Positions 1 through 12,440 of a stretch of 64,000 nucleotides of DNA are shown piece by piece. The stretch covers positions 399,358 to 463,357 of the forward strand of contig NIVC01000714.1 in NCBI GenBank assembly GCA_002269645.1, read 5' to 3'. A model generated the notes under the pieces. It was given only the letters and a program-made list of their open reading frames with translations. It was not told where the DNA came from and made no database searches. This stretch comes from Macrostomum lignano. Taxonomy: Eukaryota. Each line of letters begins with the position of its first letter. Within the stretch, counting starts at the first letter, position 1. The position numbers were made by a program, and so were the translations under genes.

Positions 1-438
1 CTGGATTGGGTAGAGTATATGACTGTCTAGTGCAGACTGGATTGGGTAGAGTATATGACTGTCTAGTGCAGACTGGATTGGGTAGAGTATAGGACTGTCT
101 AGTGCAGACTGGATTGGGTAGAGTATAGGACAGTCTACTACAGGCTGCATTGGGTAGAGTATCGGACTGTCTACTACAGGCTGCATTGAGTAGAGTTTAG
201 GACTGTCTACTACAGACTGCATTGGGTAGAGTAGAGGACTGTCTACTACAGACTGCATTGGGTAGAGTATAGGACTGTCTACTACAGACTGCATTGGGTA
301 GAGTAGAGGACAGTCTACTACAGGCTGCATTGGGTAGAGTAGAGGACAGTCTACTACAGGCTGCATTGGGTAGAGTAGAGGACTGTCTACTACAGACTGC
401 ATTGGGTAGAGTATAGGACTGTCTACTACAGACTGCAT
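1..438. repeat. 36-bp minisatellite, about 12 copies, truncated by the window start
   Basis: Unit CTGCATTGGGTAGAGTATAGGACTGTCTACTACAGA read directly; period 36. Confidence 0.95.
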
Positions 439-2454
439 CTAGTTGAATTTAAAACGGTCAAGTGCTGATTGGACTGGGGCTGTCCACTACTATAGACACT
501 GTACAAACGTATTGGAAAAAGTTTTAATTCTTCTACTACTGTCGGTGCAGATGAAGGTGGCAGAGCTAAAGCTTAATCAGATACATGTATTAAAATGAGA
601 TTTTCGCTGGATTTCCAACGTTACATAATTAAACTTTCATGCGAATCACGTTAAGCCTCTGTATTATTAAATCACAGTCCGGCTATTTTTATGTTTACGG
701 CTTTTTATTATCCAGTAAGGAAACATTTTCACTTGATTTGTTAGAGATGCACATGCACAATGTCTACATACGCGTATGCAAGTGATGTGTATTCTGTGTT
801 CTCACAAGATGAGATGGCAGTCTAACGTGTGTAATTAATACATCTGTAATTTTGGAACTTTAATGTGCAATTACATATCTATTTCTAGCTATTTTGCTGG
901 GGAGATAATTACCAGGAAGTTTTATTATTCTATCTGTGATGTTTATAAATTTCTATATGATGATGACCGGAAATTACTGTACAGCAATTGTGATCGATTG
1001 ACGGATTCGCTAAGTCATTTCTGTTGACACAGCACATGCAGTAAAGCTCTTTCGAATCCTACGTAAATATTGGGTCGCATTTATAATATAAGGTGCAATT
1101 TATTTCAGCTAAGCAATTAAGCCTAGTAGTTGACTGAAAAGCGGAAACATTTTCTCGCCTATGTGGAGTGAGTGCTGCATTATTTAAATGGCTATTCGCA
1201 TAATTATAGCCCTTTTAACGACTGCATGAACTGAGTTCAAAGGAACAATTACGATCCTACATATACACTGTAAATGATGTATGCATACGTGTAGTACGAT
1301 TGTCATATCGTTTTTAATTTGAAAAATTCTCTCTCCGTGAAAGTCAACTGCCTTTCTATCGTAAAATTTGTTTTCATACGTACCTTGATAAAAAACGAAT
1401 GGCTTGAAAAATGTATGCGCATCATTGTACAATGTAAAATATATAATAAAACAAAGTGCTAGCTGGTCATGAGCATGTAATAACACAGTCTATCCCCATT
1501 TTAGCAATGAGCTGTTCAGCTAAACATACAACGGCTTAACCAAAAAATGTCGCATTAGTTTTTACGCTATTTTTTGCTGAATATCTCACTTCTAAATAGA
1601 TTATCGATAAATTTTATTAACACCGTATTTCCTAATTCTGTGTTTGTCTGCTACTTAAAATACCCGCTGGCAAATATCTCTTATTAACGTTTACGGCAAA
1701 TTCAAATTAAAGTTTCTAATATTTTATAATTTTAGTATTCCTGAGCTAAAATAAAAAAGCTTCTTTGTTTTACCTCACTAAGTCGTTTTAAGTACATTAC
1801 CAACCAGTTTTTTAAAATGGGGTATTTAATTGGATTTCAAACGATGAATAGTTTTTTTAAGATAAAACGACAATGTAAACTTGACTTTGTACATTTATAC
1901 AAGTTTAGTAATTGAATTGAAGAACACAAATGAGCTCTAGTGCTGTTGAAACCTCTATAAATGTAAGTTTTGGTTTCTATAAATATCTATGCTGTAGCAT
2001 TTTTAGTCAAAAGATTGAAAGACAACATGAAAAAGGACTAATTGAGAGAAACCTAAATAAATACTAAAATTTCTAATTAACCCTTGGCCTTCGATTTTTG
2101 AGCAAAAATTTGGATTTGCTCCTAGACATGTCTATAAAACTCGTGAGGTTTTCATGCATATACTGAGTCAAGACCAAGTGCTTATGGCCCTATAGTTTTT
2201 ACTTGAAACTTTAGATATATGTAATATATATAGCTCGTATATCGAAAGAAGTTAGCTCGTATATATATAAATAAATTAATATCTGTATATATATTATATA
2301 TTAATATATAATATAATATAATATAATATATAAAACAGATAAATAAAAATCTGTTTTCATAATTGATGAAGAAATTATGAAAACAGATATATATTAACTA
2401 TAAGAAGTAATAATTCCGATTTAACCTCTTATTCCCACGCCTCCTTAAAAACAG

Positions 2455-4261
2455 CGGGACTTGTTCAACCCGACTGAAGCGCAGGTGACCCGCTCAAATC
2501 TGGTCTACGCGATCAACGTTTTCGACGTCCTGCCCCTGCCCGCCCTACTCATAATAGTATTCATAGTTTACGCCGCCGTGCTAATCCTGTTCCGCTACGT
2601 GGCCTACCGGGTGGTGAGCGGCGCTGGGCAGCCGTCGACGGAGCCGCGCGGCGCCGGCATCTGCAACTCCTTCTGCCTGTGCTGCGTCAACTGCAGCAAC
2701 AGCTGCGGCGCCTGCGACAACCGCGGCACCCTGGGAGGCTGCGCCAACGGCGTCTGCCCCCACAGACGCAGCGGGGTGCTGTTCTCCGATGTGCTGCTGT
2801 GCCACCAGTGCGAGGTGAGCAGGGGGGTTCGAACTTCGGCTGACTTGATGGTGCTGCTGGGAATAGCCAGCTGTTAGAGCCAGTTGTCTGACTCTATCAG
2901 CTGTTAGATATTCTGTGCCTGACTATCAGCTGTTAGATATTCTGTGCCTGACTATCAGATGTAAGATATTCTGTGCCTGACTCTATCGATGTTAGATATT
3001 CTGTGCCTGACTCTATCGGATGTTAGATATTCTGTGCCTGACTCTATCGGATGTTAGATATTCTGTGCCTGACTCTGTCAGCTGTTAGATATTCTATGCC
3101 TGACTCTGTCAGCTGTTAGATATTCTGTGCCTGACTCTGTCAGCTGTTAGATATTCTGTGCCTGACTCTGTCAGCTGTTAGATATTCTATGCCTGACTCT
3201 GTCAGCTGTTAGATATTCTGTGCCTGACTCTGTCAGCTGTTAGATATTCTGTGCCTGACTCTGTCAGCTGTTAGATATTCTGTGCCTGACTCTGTCAGCT
3301 GTTAGATATTCTGTGCCTGACTCTGTCAGCTGTTAGATATTCTGTGCCTGACTCTGTCAGCTGTTAGATATTCTGTGCCTGACTCTGTCAGCTGTTAGAT
3401 ATTCTGTGCCTGACTCTAGCAGATGTTAGATATTCTGTGCCCGACTCTATTAGATGTTAGATATTCTATGCCTGACTCTGTCAGCTGTTAGATATTCTAT
3501 GCCTGACTCTGTCAGCTGTTAGATATTCTGTGCCTGACTCTATCAGATGTTAGATATTCTGTGCCTGACTCTGTCAGCTGTTAGATATTCTGTGCCTGAC
3601 TCTATCGGATGTTAGATATTCTGTGCCTGACTCTGTCAGCTGTAAGATATTCTATGCTTGACTCTGTCAGCTGTTAGATATTCTGTGCCTGACTCTGTCA
3701 GCTGTTAGATATTCTGTGCCTGACTCTGTCAGCTGTTAGATATTCTGTGCCTGACTCTGTCAGCTGTAAGATATTCTATGCCTGACTCTGTCAGCTGTTA
3801 GATATTCTGTGCATGACTCTGTCAGCTGTTAGATATTCTGTGCCTGACTCTGTCAGCTGTTAGATATTCTGTGCCTGACTCTGTCAGCTGTTAGATATTC
3901 TGTGCCTGACTCTAGCAGATGTTAGATATTCTGTGCCCGACTCTATTAGATGTTAGATATTCTGTGCCTGACTCAATCAGATGTTAGATATTATGTGTCT
4001 GACTCAATCAGATGTTAGATATTCTGTAAGGTGCTAGTTTACCACCTTTTAAATATTGGTAAGTCAGCTGTCATAGTTTTCAATGGTTAGATACATATAC
4101 CGGAAATCAAGCGTTTCCCTCCCACATCCTCGATAATCCCACAGCGTAAAACGGTGAATTGTTGTCAAGCCGACTGCGACGACTGCTTCTGCTTCTGCTT
4201 TGAATGCCGCTTCCGGAAAAATGGCGGCACTGCGCTGCTTGGCTCCGCTGCTGAAGAATAA
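2455..4261 (+). CDS. Unknown membrane protein with a Cys-rich C-terminal tail (last two exons; no in-frame ATG at the 5' end)
   Basis: Exons 2455-2814 (AAACAG|CGG...GAG|GTGAG) and 4145-4261 (CCACAG|CGT...TAA), both phase 0, join into RDLFNPTEAQ...LPALLIIVFIVYAAVLILFRY...CLCCVNCSNSCGAC...CHQCE|RKTVNCCQADCDDCFCFCFECRF...AEE*. Codon style is GC-rich like the other exons. Family not recognised. Confidence 0.75.
2868..4027. repeat. 31-bp intronic minisatellite, about 37 copies
   Basis: Unit CTGTTAGATATTCTGTGCCTGACTCTGTCAG; fills the intron 2815-4144. Confidence 0.95.
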
Positions 4262-4640
4262 CCGGAAGTGGACTGTAATGACTAGAAATGGGGTCATAGC
4301 AACCGGGAGTGGACTTTAATGACTAGAAATGAACTCATAGCAACCGGAAGTGGACTGTAATGACTAGAAATTGGCTCATGGCAACCGGAAGTGGGCTGTA
4401 ATGACTAGAAATGGGCTCATGGCAACCGGAAGTGGGCTGTAATGACTAGAAATGGGCTCATGGCAACCGGAAGTGGGCTGTAATGACTAGAAATGGGCTC
4501 ATGGCAACTAGAAGTGGGCTGTAATGACTAGAAATGGGCTCATGGCAACCGGAAGTGGGCTGTAATGACTAGAAATGGGCTCATGGCAACTAGAAGTGGG
4601 CTGTAATGACTAGAAATATACTCATTCATTAGCAACCAGA
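4259..4640. repeat. 41-bp minisatellite, about 9 copies, starting at the stop codon of the upstream gene
   Basis: Unit GCAACCGGAAGTGGGCTGTAATGACTAGAAATGGGCTCATG; period 41. Confidence 0.9.
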
Positions 4641-5196
4641 GTGGACTATGTTGAAATTACAATAAATTTGACGAATTTATCGAAGATTATGGATCAAAAA
4701 AAGATTTATTTAGCTGCGACAAGAAATAGACTGAACTAAATACTTTTATACTCATAGCAATTGTTGTTTTCATTAATTTGAAAATGTTCCTGTAACTTGT
4801 TGATGCTTATTTTAAACATCGATTAGCTGTTTAATCTTATCTGTTTATGCTCATAAAAAGACCAGACAACTGATCATCTCCAAGCAGCCTGAAGCCACTT
4901 CCATCTACAAATCCTTTTTAAAACATTCCTTTTTTGCATCCGAATTTAAACGGTAACTTTTATCGTCTTTTATGACTACTGAAAGTAGAGCGTGCTCCTC
5001 CTGATAACGTTTTTATTTATTGAATGCTTCCTGGAAAGAAGTTAAATAAACAAAGTTGCAGCGCGTTGGCCCAATATTTTAATTTTTACTGCTGCCGTAT
5101 TGCCGCAATTTTGTATTTTTTTCAAGGCAAAATATTGTGTGACTTCTATGCGGCATATGTGCCTCATGAAGAGACACTAAAAAGCCTTTTTTAGAC

Positions 5197-8066
5197 AGGT
5201 GTGTCACCTGTTAGATATGGGGTGTCACCTGTTAGATATGGGTGTCACCTGTTAGATATGAGTGTCACCTGTTAGATATGGGTGTCACCTGTTAGATATG
5301 GGTGTCACCTGTTAGATATGAGTGTCACCTGTTAGATATGGGTGTCACCTGTTAGATATGGGTGTCACCTGTTAGATATGGGTGTCACCTGTTAGATATG
5401 GGTGTCACCTATTTGATATAGGTCTCAACTGTTAGATATGGGTGCCACCTGTTAGATATGGGTGTCACCTGTTAGATATGGTTGTCACCTGTTAGATATG
5501 GGTGTCATCTGTTAGATATGGGTGTCACCTGTTAGATATGGGTGTCACCTGTTAGATATGGGTGTCACCTGTTAGATATGGGTGTCACCTGTTAGATATG
5601 GGTGTCACCTATTTGATATAGGTCTCAACTGTTAGATATGGGTGCCACCTGTTGGATATGGGTGTCACCTGTTAGATATGGTTGTCACCTGTTAGATATG
5701 GGTGTCATCTGTTAGATATGCGTGCCGCCTGTTAGATATGGGTGTCACCTGTTAGATATGGGTGTCACCTGTTAGATATGAGTGTCACCTGTTAGATATG
5801 GGTGTCACCTGTTAGATATGGGTGTCACCTGTTTCATATAGGTCTCAACTGTTAGATATGGGTGTCACCTGTTAGATATGGGTGCCACCTGTTAGATATG
5901 GTTGTCACCTGTTAGATATGGGTGTCATCTGTTAGATATGCGTGCCGCCTGTTAGATATGGGTGTCACCTGTTAGATATGGGTGTCACCTATTTGATATA
6001 GGTCTCAACTGTTAGATATGGGTGCCACCTGTTAGATATGGGTGTCACCTGTTAGATATGGTTGTCACCTGTTAGATATGGGTGTCATCTGTTAGATATG
6101 GGTGTCACCTGTTAGATATGGGTGTCACCTGTTAGATATGGGTGTCACCTGTTAGATATGGGTGTCACCTGTTAGATATGAGTGTCACCTGTTAGATATG
6201 GGTGTCACCTGTTAGATATGGGTGTCACCTGTTAGATATGGGTGTCACCTGTTAGATATGGGTGTCACCTATTTGATATAGGTCTCAACTGTTAGATATG
6301 GGTGCCACCTGTTAGATATGGGTGTCACCTGTTAGATATGGTTGTCACCTGTTAGATATGGTTGTCACCTGTTAGATATGGGTGTCACCTGTTAGATATG
6401 GGTGTCACCTGTTAGATATGGGTGTCACCTGTTAGATATGGGTATCACCTGTTAGATATGGGTGTCACCTGTTTGATATAGGTCTCAACTGTTAGATATG
6501 GGTGCCACCTGTTAGATATGGGTGTCACCTGTTAGATATGGGTGTCACCTGTTAGATATGGGTGTCATCTGTTAGATATGCGTGCCGCCTGTTAGATATG
6601 GGTGTCACCTGTTAGATATGGGTGTCACCTGTTAGATATGGGTGTCACCTGTTAGATATGGGTGTCACCTGTTAGATATGGGTGTCACCTGTTTGATATA
6701 GGTCTCAACTGTTAGATATGGGTGTCACCTGTTAGATATGGGTGCCACCTGTTAGATATGGTTGTCACCTGTTAGATATGGGTGTCATCTGTTAGATATG
6801 CGTGCCGCCTGTTAGATATGGGTGTCACCTGTTAGATATGGGTGTCACCTGTAAGATACGAGTGTCACCTGTTAGATATGGGTGCCGCCTGTTAGATATG
6901 GGTGTCACCTGTTAGATATGCGTGCCGCCTGTTAGATATGGGTGTCACCTGTTAGATATGGGTGTCACCTGTTAGATATGGGTGTCACCTGTTATATATG
7001 GGTGTCACCTGTTAGATATGGGTGTCACCTGTTAGATATGGGTGTCACCTGTTAGATATGGGTGTCACCTGTTTGATATAGGTCTCAACTGTTAGATATG
7101 GGTGCCACCTGTTAGATATGGGTGCCACCTGTTAGATATGGTTGTCACCTGTTAGATATGGGTGTCATCTGTTAGATATGCGTGCCGCCTGTTAGATATG
7201 GGTGTCACCTGTTAGATATGGGTGTCACCTGTTAGATATGGGTGTCACCTGTTAGATATGGGTGTCACCTGTTAGATATGGGTGCCATCTGTTAGATATG
7301 GTTGTCACCTGTTAGATATGGGTGTCACCTGTTAGATATGGGTGTCACCTGTTAGATATGAGTGTCACCTGTTAGATATGGGTGCCGCCTGTTAGATATG
7401 GGTGTCACCTGTTAGATATGGGTGTCACCTGTTAGATATGGGTGTCACTAGACATGGGTGTCACCTGTTAGATATGGGTGTCACCTGTTAGATATGGGGT
7501 GTCACTAGATATGGGTGTCACCTGTTAGATATGGGTGTGACCTGTTAGATATGGGTGTCACCTGTTAGATATGGGTGTCACCTGTTAGATATAGGTCTCA
7601 ACTGTTAGATATGGGTGTCACCTGTTAGATATGGGTGTCACCTGTTAGATATGGGTGTCACCTGTTAGATATGGGTGTCACCTGTTAGATATGGGTGTCA
7701 CCTGTTTGATATAGGTCTCAACTGTTAGATATGGGTGTCACCTGTTTGATATGGGTGTCACCTGTTAGATATAGGTGTCACCTGTTATATATGGGTGTCA
7801 CCTGTTAGACAGAAGTGTCACCTGTTAGACAGAAGTGTCACCTGTTAGACAGGAGTGTCACCTGTTAGACAGGAGTGTCACCTGTCACCTGTTATAGACA
7901 GAAGTGTCACCTGTTAGACAGGAGTGTCACCTGTTAGACAGGAGTGTCACCTGTTAGACAGAAGTGTCACCTGTTAGACAGAAGTGTCACCTGTTAGACA
8001 GAAGTGTCACCTGTTAGATATGGGTGTCACCTGTTAGATAGGAGTGTCACCTGTTTACTGTTAGAC
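5197..8066. repeat. 20-bp minisatellite family A, about 140 copies
   Basis: Unit GTGTCACCTGTTAGATATGG; the same unit occurs at 30158-31022 and inverted at 34848-35217. Confidence 0.97.
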
Positions 8067-8494
8067 AGCCTAAAAGTATGTTGACTAAATACATGTACAT
8101 AAAAACTGAACCAAATACAGCCTAGAGTTGGTATATTAAGTTTTCAGGCACGTCAATTTGAAATAATTTAAACATTTCGGATGCTGAAGCACGGATTAAC
8201 GCGGATTATTTTTATCTTATTAAATAATAGTTGTTTGAACTGAATTCTGCTTTGCTGATGAATATCGTTTTCATTGCTTGAAGTTCCATCTCTTAAAGCA
8301 ATAAACAGTTTGCATAGGAAAAGCTAGCAAATCTTGGAAAAGCACTAATCTTCTGATTCTACAAGTCTTTGGCTTTTCATTTCCGGTCCCAATATTGCTA
8401 AGCGCATCAATTGCGCTTACTGGCGTGTACGAGCTTACAGCAGGCTGTACATGTACAGGCCAGTGCACCAGGCTGTTCAGTGAAGCTCTCGTTA

Positions 8495-8868
8495 ACCATG
8501 GAGCTCTAGATGCTGCTGAATCTGGAATAGAAACCCTCTTTAGACATGGAGCTCTAGATGCTGCTGAATCTGGAATAGAAACCCTCTTTAGACATGGAGC
8601 TCTAGATGCTGCTGAATCTGGAATAGAAACCCTCTTTAGACATGGAGCTCTAGATGCTGCTGAATCTGGAATAGAAACCCTCTTTAGACATGGAGCTCTA
8701 GATGCTGCTGAATCTGGAATAGAAACCCTCTTTAGACATGGAGCTCTAGATGCTGCTGAATCTGGAATAGAAACCCTCTTTAGACATGGAGCTCTAGATA
8801 CTGCTGAATCTGGAATAGAAACCCTCTTTAGACAAGGAGCTCTAGATGCTCACTCTGGACTGGAATAG
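8495..8868. repeat. 48-bp minisatellite, about 7.5 copies
   Basis: Unit CATGGAGCTCTAGATGCTGCTGAATCTGGAATAGAAACCCTCTTTAGA. Confidence 0.95.
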
Positions 8869-9182
8869 AAACCATCGCTTCGTTGAGTATGGAGTTCAAT
8901 TGTCGTTAATTGTTGAATCTGGAAAGGAAATTGTATACACTGCACCAGCCTTCTCCTGGTAGCTTCAGTATTTCAATAAACTTTCACGGTAGCCTACGGG
9001 TATATTGAAGGAGGATTGAGAGAGAGGTTTACGAGGCTCGTACAAGGCTTGTGCAAATCCAGATAAACACGTTTATCAGTTTTATCAGATCCAAATAGTT
9101 TTATAAACTTGGCGCCATCAACCTGCCCTCTGTCTCTCTGGTGAATTGCTGAAGTTCCAATATTACTCAGCTCGCAACGGTC

Positions 9183-12100
9183 ATGAGTTTTCTGCAAAGA
9201 TGCATCTGGCCTCAGGGAAGGTAATAACTTTAAAAAATCCTCACTCGTTTGACCATTTTGGCTTTTGCGGTAGAATTTCTAATTATAGAAAGAATGGCAC
9301 TTTCGCCGCTCTTTCAGCGACGAGAATTTGCACCTGGCTGGCGGACAGGGCGCCAAGATCTGCTTCAACAGCTGGCTGCTGATGTCGCCCATTGAGTTTC
9401 TCCCGGGTCGAGAACACGGGACTGTAATTTTTTCAAGGCGGGTGAGTAAAGTCGCTGGACAGCTTTTGAAACTGTCCTCTGAAAGATCCCACAGAAGTAG
9501 TTGTGTCCTCTGAAAGACCCCACAGAAGTAGTTGTGTCCTCTGAAAGATCCCACAGAAGTAGTTGTGTCCTCTGAAAGATCCCACAGAAGTAGTTGTGTC
9601 CTCTGAAAGACCCCACAGAAGTAGTTGTGTCCTCTGAAAGACCCCACAGAAGTAGTTGTGTCCTCTGAAAGATCCCACAGAAGTAGTTGTGTCCTCTGAA
9701 AGACCCCACAGAAGTAGTTGTGTCCTCTGAAAGACCCCACAGAAGTAGTTGTGTCCTCTGAAAGACCCCACAGAAGTATTTGTGTCCTCTGAAAGACCCC
9801 ACAGAAGTAGTTGTGTCCTCTGAAAGACCCCACAGAAGTATTTGTGTCCTCTGAAAGACCCCACAGAAGTAGTTGTGTCCTCTGAAAGACCCCACAGAAG
9901 TAGTTGTGTCCTCTGAAAGATCCCACAGAAGTATTTGTGTCCTCTGAAAGATCCCACAGAAGTAGTTGTGTCCTCTGAAAGACCCCACAGAAGTAGTTGT
10001 GTCCTCTGAAAGATCCCACAGAAGTAGTTGTGTCCTCTGAAAGACCCCACAGAAGTAGTTGTGTCCTCTGAAAGACCCCACAGAAGTAGTTGTGTCCTCT
10101 GAAAGACCCCACAGAAGTATTGTGTCCTCTGAAAGACCCCACAGAAGTAGTTGTGTCCTCTGAAAGACCCCACAGAAGTAGTTGTGTCCTCTGAAAGACC
10201 CCACAGAAGTAGTTGTGTCCTCTGAAAGACCCCACAGAAGTAGTTGTGTCCTCTGAAAGACCCACAGAAGTAGTTGTGTCCTCTGAAAGACCCACAGAAG
10301 TAGTTGTGTCCTCTGAAAGACCCCACAGAAGTAGTTGTGTCCTCTGAAAGATCCCACAGAAGTAGTTGTGTCCTCTGAAAGACCCCACAGAAGTAGTTGT
10401 GTCCTCTGAAAGACCCCACAGAAGTAGTTGTGTCCTCTGAAAGACCCCACAGAAGTAGTTGTGTCCTCTGAAAGACCCCACAGAAGTATTTGTGTCCTCT
10501 GAAAGACCCCACAGAAGTAGTTGTGTCCTCTGAAAGACCCCACAGAAGTAGTTGTGTCCTCTGAAAGATCCCACAGAAGTAGTTGTGTCCTCTGAAAGAT
10601 CCCACAGAAGTAGTTGTGTCCTCTGAAAGACCCCACAAAGTAGTTGTGTCCTCTGAAAGACCCCACAAAGTAGTTGCGTCCACCGAAAGACCTTGCGGAA
10701 GTAGTTGCGTCCAAAGAAGTACTCATTATATTTTCACGCATCATTTAATCGTTGCATCTGATTCTCCGTCGCACAGCACTGGAAGCGACAGTTCTTCGAG
10801 CTGTCGCTGGTCCGCGGCCAGACCACCCAGGACACCGACCGGTTCCATCTGACCTGCTATTCAAAAAGCGATCGCAAGCGACCGAAAGGCTGCATCGATT
10901 TGAACACTGTGACGGACCTGCGCAAGATGTCCGTGCCACCGGATGAACTGCTGGCAACGCTGAGCAGGAAGCATCTCTGCGATGATTGCCAGCCGATGGA
11001 TGCCGACCCCAGTCGTCAAGTTGTCACCTACGACCGGCTGCCGTTCTTCAGCTTCGAGGCAATGTTCGGCGAGCACCGCGGTCGAGTCTACCTGCTGGCT
11101 CAAGACCCCAGGCAGATGCAGCATTGGGTGAGGCTGCTCTGTTCTGTTTTTTGTGCATTTGTTCTTGCGATTTATCGAGACGATGTTCAAACTAAACAGC
11201 ACCTTTTCGAGAAGATGCTCAACCTGAAAGAGCGTCTTGCCGAGAAGATGCTCAACCTAAAAGAGCGCCTTGTCGAGAAGATGCTTAACCTAAAAGAGCG
11301 CCTTGTCGAGAAGATGCTCAACCTGAAAGAGCGCCTTGTCGAGAAGATGCTCAACCTAAAAGAGCGCCTTGTCGAGAAGATGCTCAACCTGAAAGAGCGT
11401 CTTGTCGAGAAGATGCTCAACCTGAAAGAGCATCTTGCCGAGAAGATGCTCAACCTGAAAGAGTGCCTTGTCGAGAAGATGCTCAACCTGAAAGAGCATC
11501 TTGCCGAGAAGATGCTCAACCTAAAAGAGCGCCTTGTCGAGAAGATGCTCAACCTGAAAGAGCGTCTTGTCGAGAAGATGCTCAACCTGAAAGAGCATCT
11601 TGCCGAGAAGATGCTCAACCTGAAAGAGTGCCTTGTCGAGAAGATGCTCAACCTGAAAGAGCATCTTGCCGAGAAGATGCTCAACCTAAAAGAGTGCCTT
11701 GTCGAGAAGATGCTCAACCTGAAAGAGCGCCTTGTCGAGAAGATGCTCAACCTGAAAAAGCATCTTGCCGAGAAGATGCTCAACCTAAAAGAGCACCTTG
11801 TCGAGAAGATGCTCAATCTGAAGAGCGCCTTGTCGAGATTCTTAGAAAGAGATGCTCTTTGATTGGTCCCTTGCTGCAAATGTCACGGTCTACATGGCCA
11901 AACTTTCAACCGATGCTTTCCATTCACAAGGTGAGCTATTTAAGCTCCGCTTGCGACATGCCAGACGCTAAAGTCGGACAATCCGTAGATATGCCACAAC
12001 CAGTATCGCCAGTGGCGCCAGTAAGTCCGTTTCTGTCAATTAATCGACCTTGGCATGACAAGGTCAACCCTCACACTGGCAGCTCAGGACGCCACCACAA

Positions 12101-12440
12101 CAGCCCGACTGGAAGAAGAAATGTAGATGACGAGCCCTATGGAGAACTGCCGAGAGTAACCGGAGGAGAAGGCGTCTATGGCCGCATTGATACTGCCGGT
12201 CTGACAGAGAAATTGATGACACCAACTGCGTCGGTAGCAAGCGAGAGCGTCGATAGCGGCACTTTCGACATGCCGCCGAGTATCGCGCTGCGACAGTTCG
12301 TGTCGCAGAGCAGCGGCAAAGGCGCCGCCAGGCAGTCATCTACAGACTACGAAAACCTCATCCAGATTGGAGCGACGGTTGCCACAGCCTACATGCCAAA
12401 TCAGGTCTATGGCTGCGTGTCCTCAGACATGCATAAGTGA
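9183..12440 (+). CDS. Gab/Dos-like PH-domain docking (adaptor) protein
   Basis: Exons 9183-9220, 9318-9441, 10777-11127, 11931-12440, all GT-AG and phase-consistent. Protein MSFLQRCIW...CFNSWLLMSP...HWKRQFFEL...LTCYSKSDRKRPKGCIDLNTV...RVYLLAQDPRQMQHW|VSYLSSAC parallels the Gab1 PH motifs (CSGWLRKSP, WKRRWFVL, KPIRIIDL, FYLVADSEEEMNKWV). Low-complexity tail carries YGEL, YGRI, YENL, YMPN and YGCV tyrosine motifs. Confidence 0.8.
9466..10715. repeat. 31-bp intronic minisatellite, about 40 copies
   Basis: Unit GAAAGA(C/T)CCCACAGAAGTAGTTGTGTCCTCT in intron 9442-10776. Confidence 0.95.
11209..11836. repeat. 33-bp minisatellite, about 19 copies, in the last intron of the Gab-like gene
   Basis: Unit GAGAAGATGCTCAACCTGAAAGAGCGCCTTGTC; open in frame with the upstream exon (EKMLNLKERLV). 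Confidence 0.95.

Noticed and set aside
1184-1486. 100-aa minus-strand ORF
   Set aside because: AT-rich, no recognisable motif, no splice partners, and codon style unlike the confirmed exons.
5197-8066. CRISPR-like appearance of constant-length repeat arrays (also 36244-40659)
   Set aside because: Units are contiguous with no unique spacers, there are no cas genes, and the context is eukaryotic.
8395-8868. 157-aa ORF with (HGALDAAESGIETLFR)n
   Set aside because: 48-bp tandem repeat with a non-ATG start and no splice link to the Gab-like gene found.
9279-10744. Long 416-459 aa ORFs on the minus strand
   Set aside because: They are translations of a 31-bp intronic minisatellite that is open in all frames; the real gene is on the plus strand.
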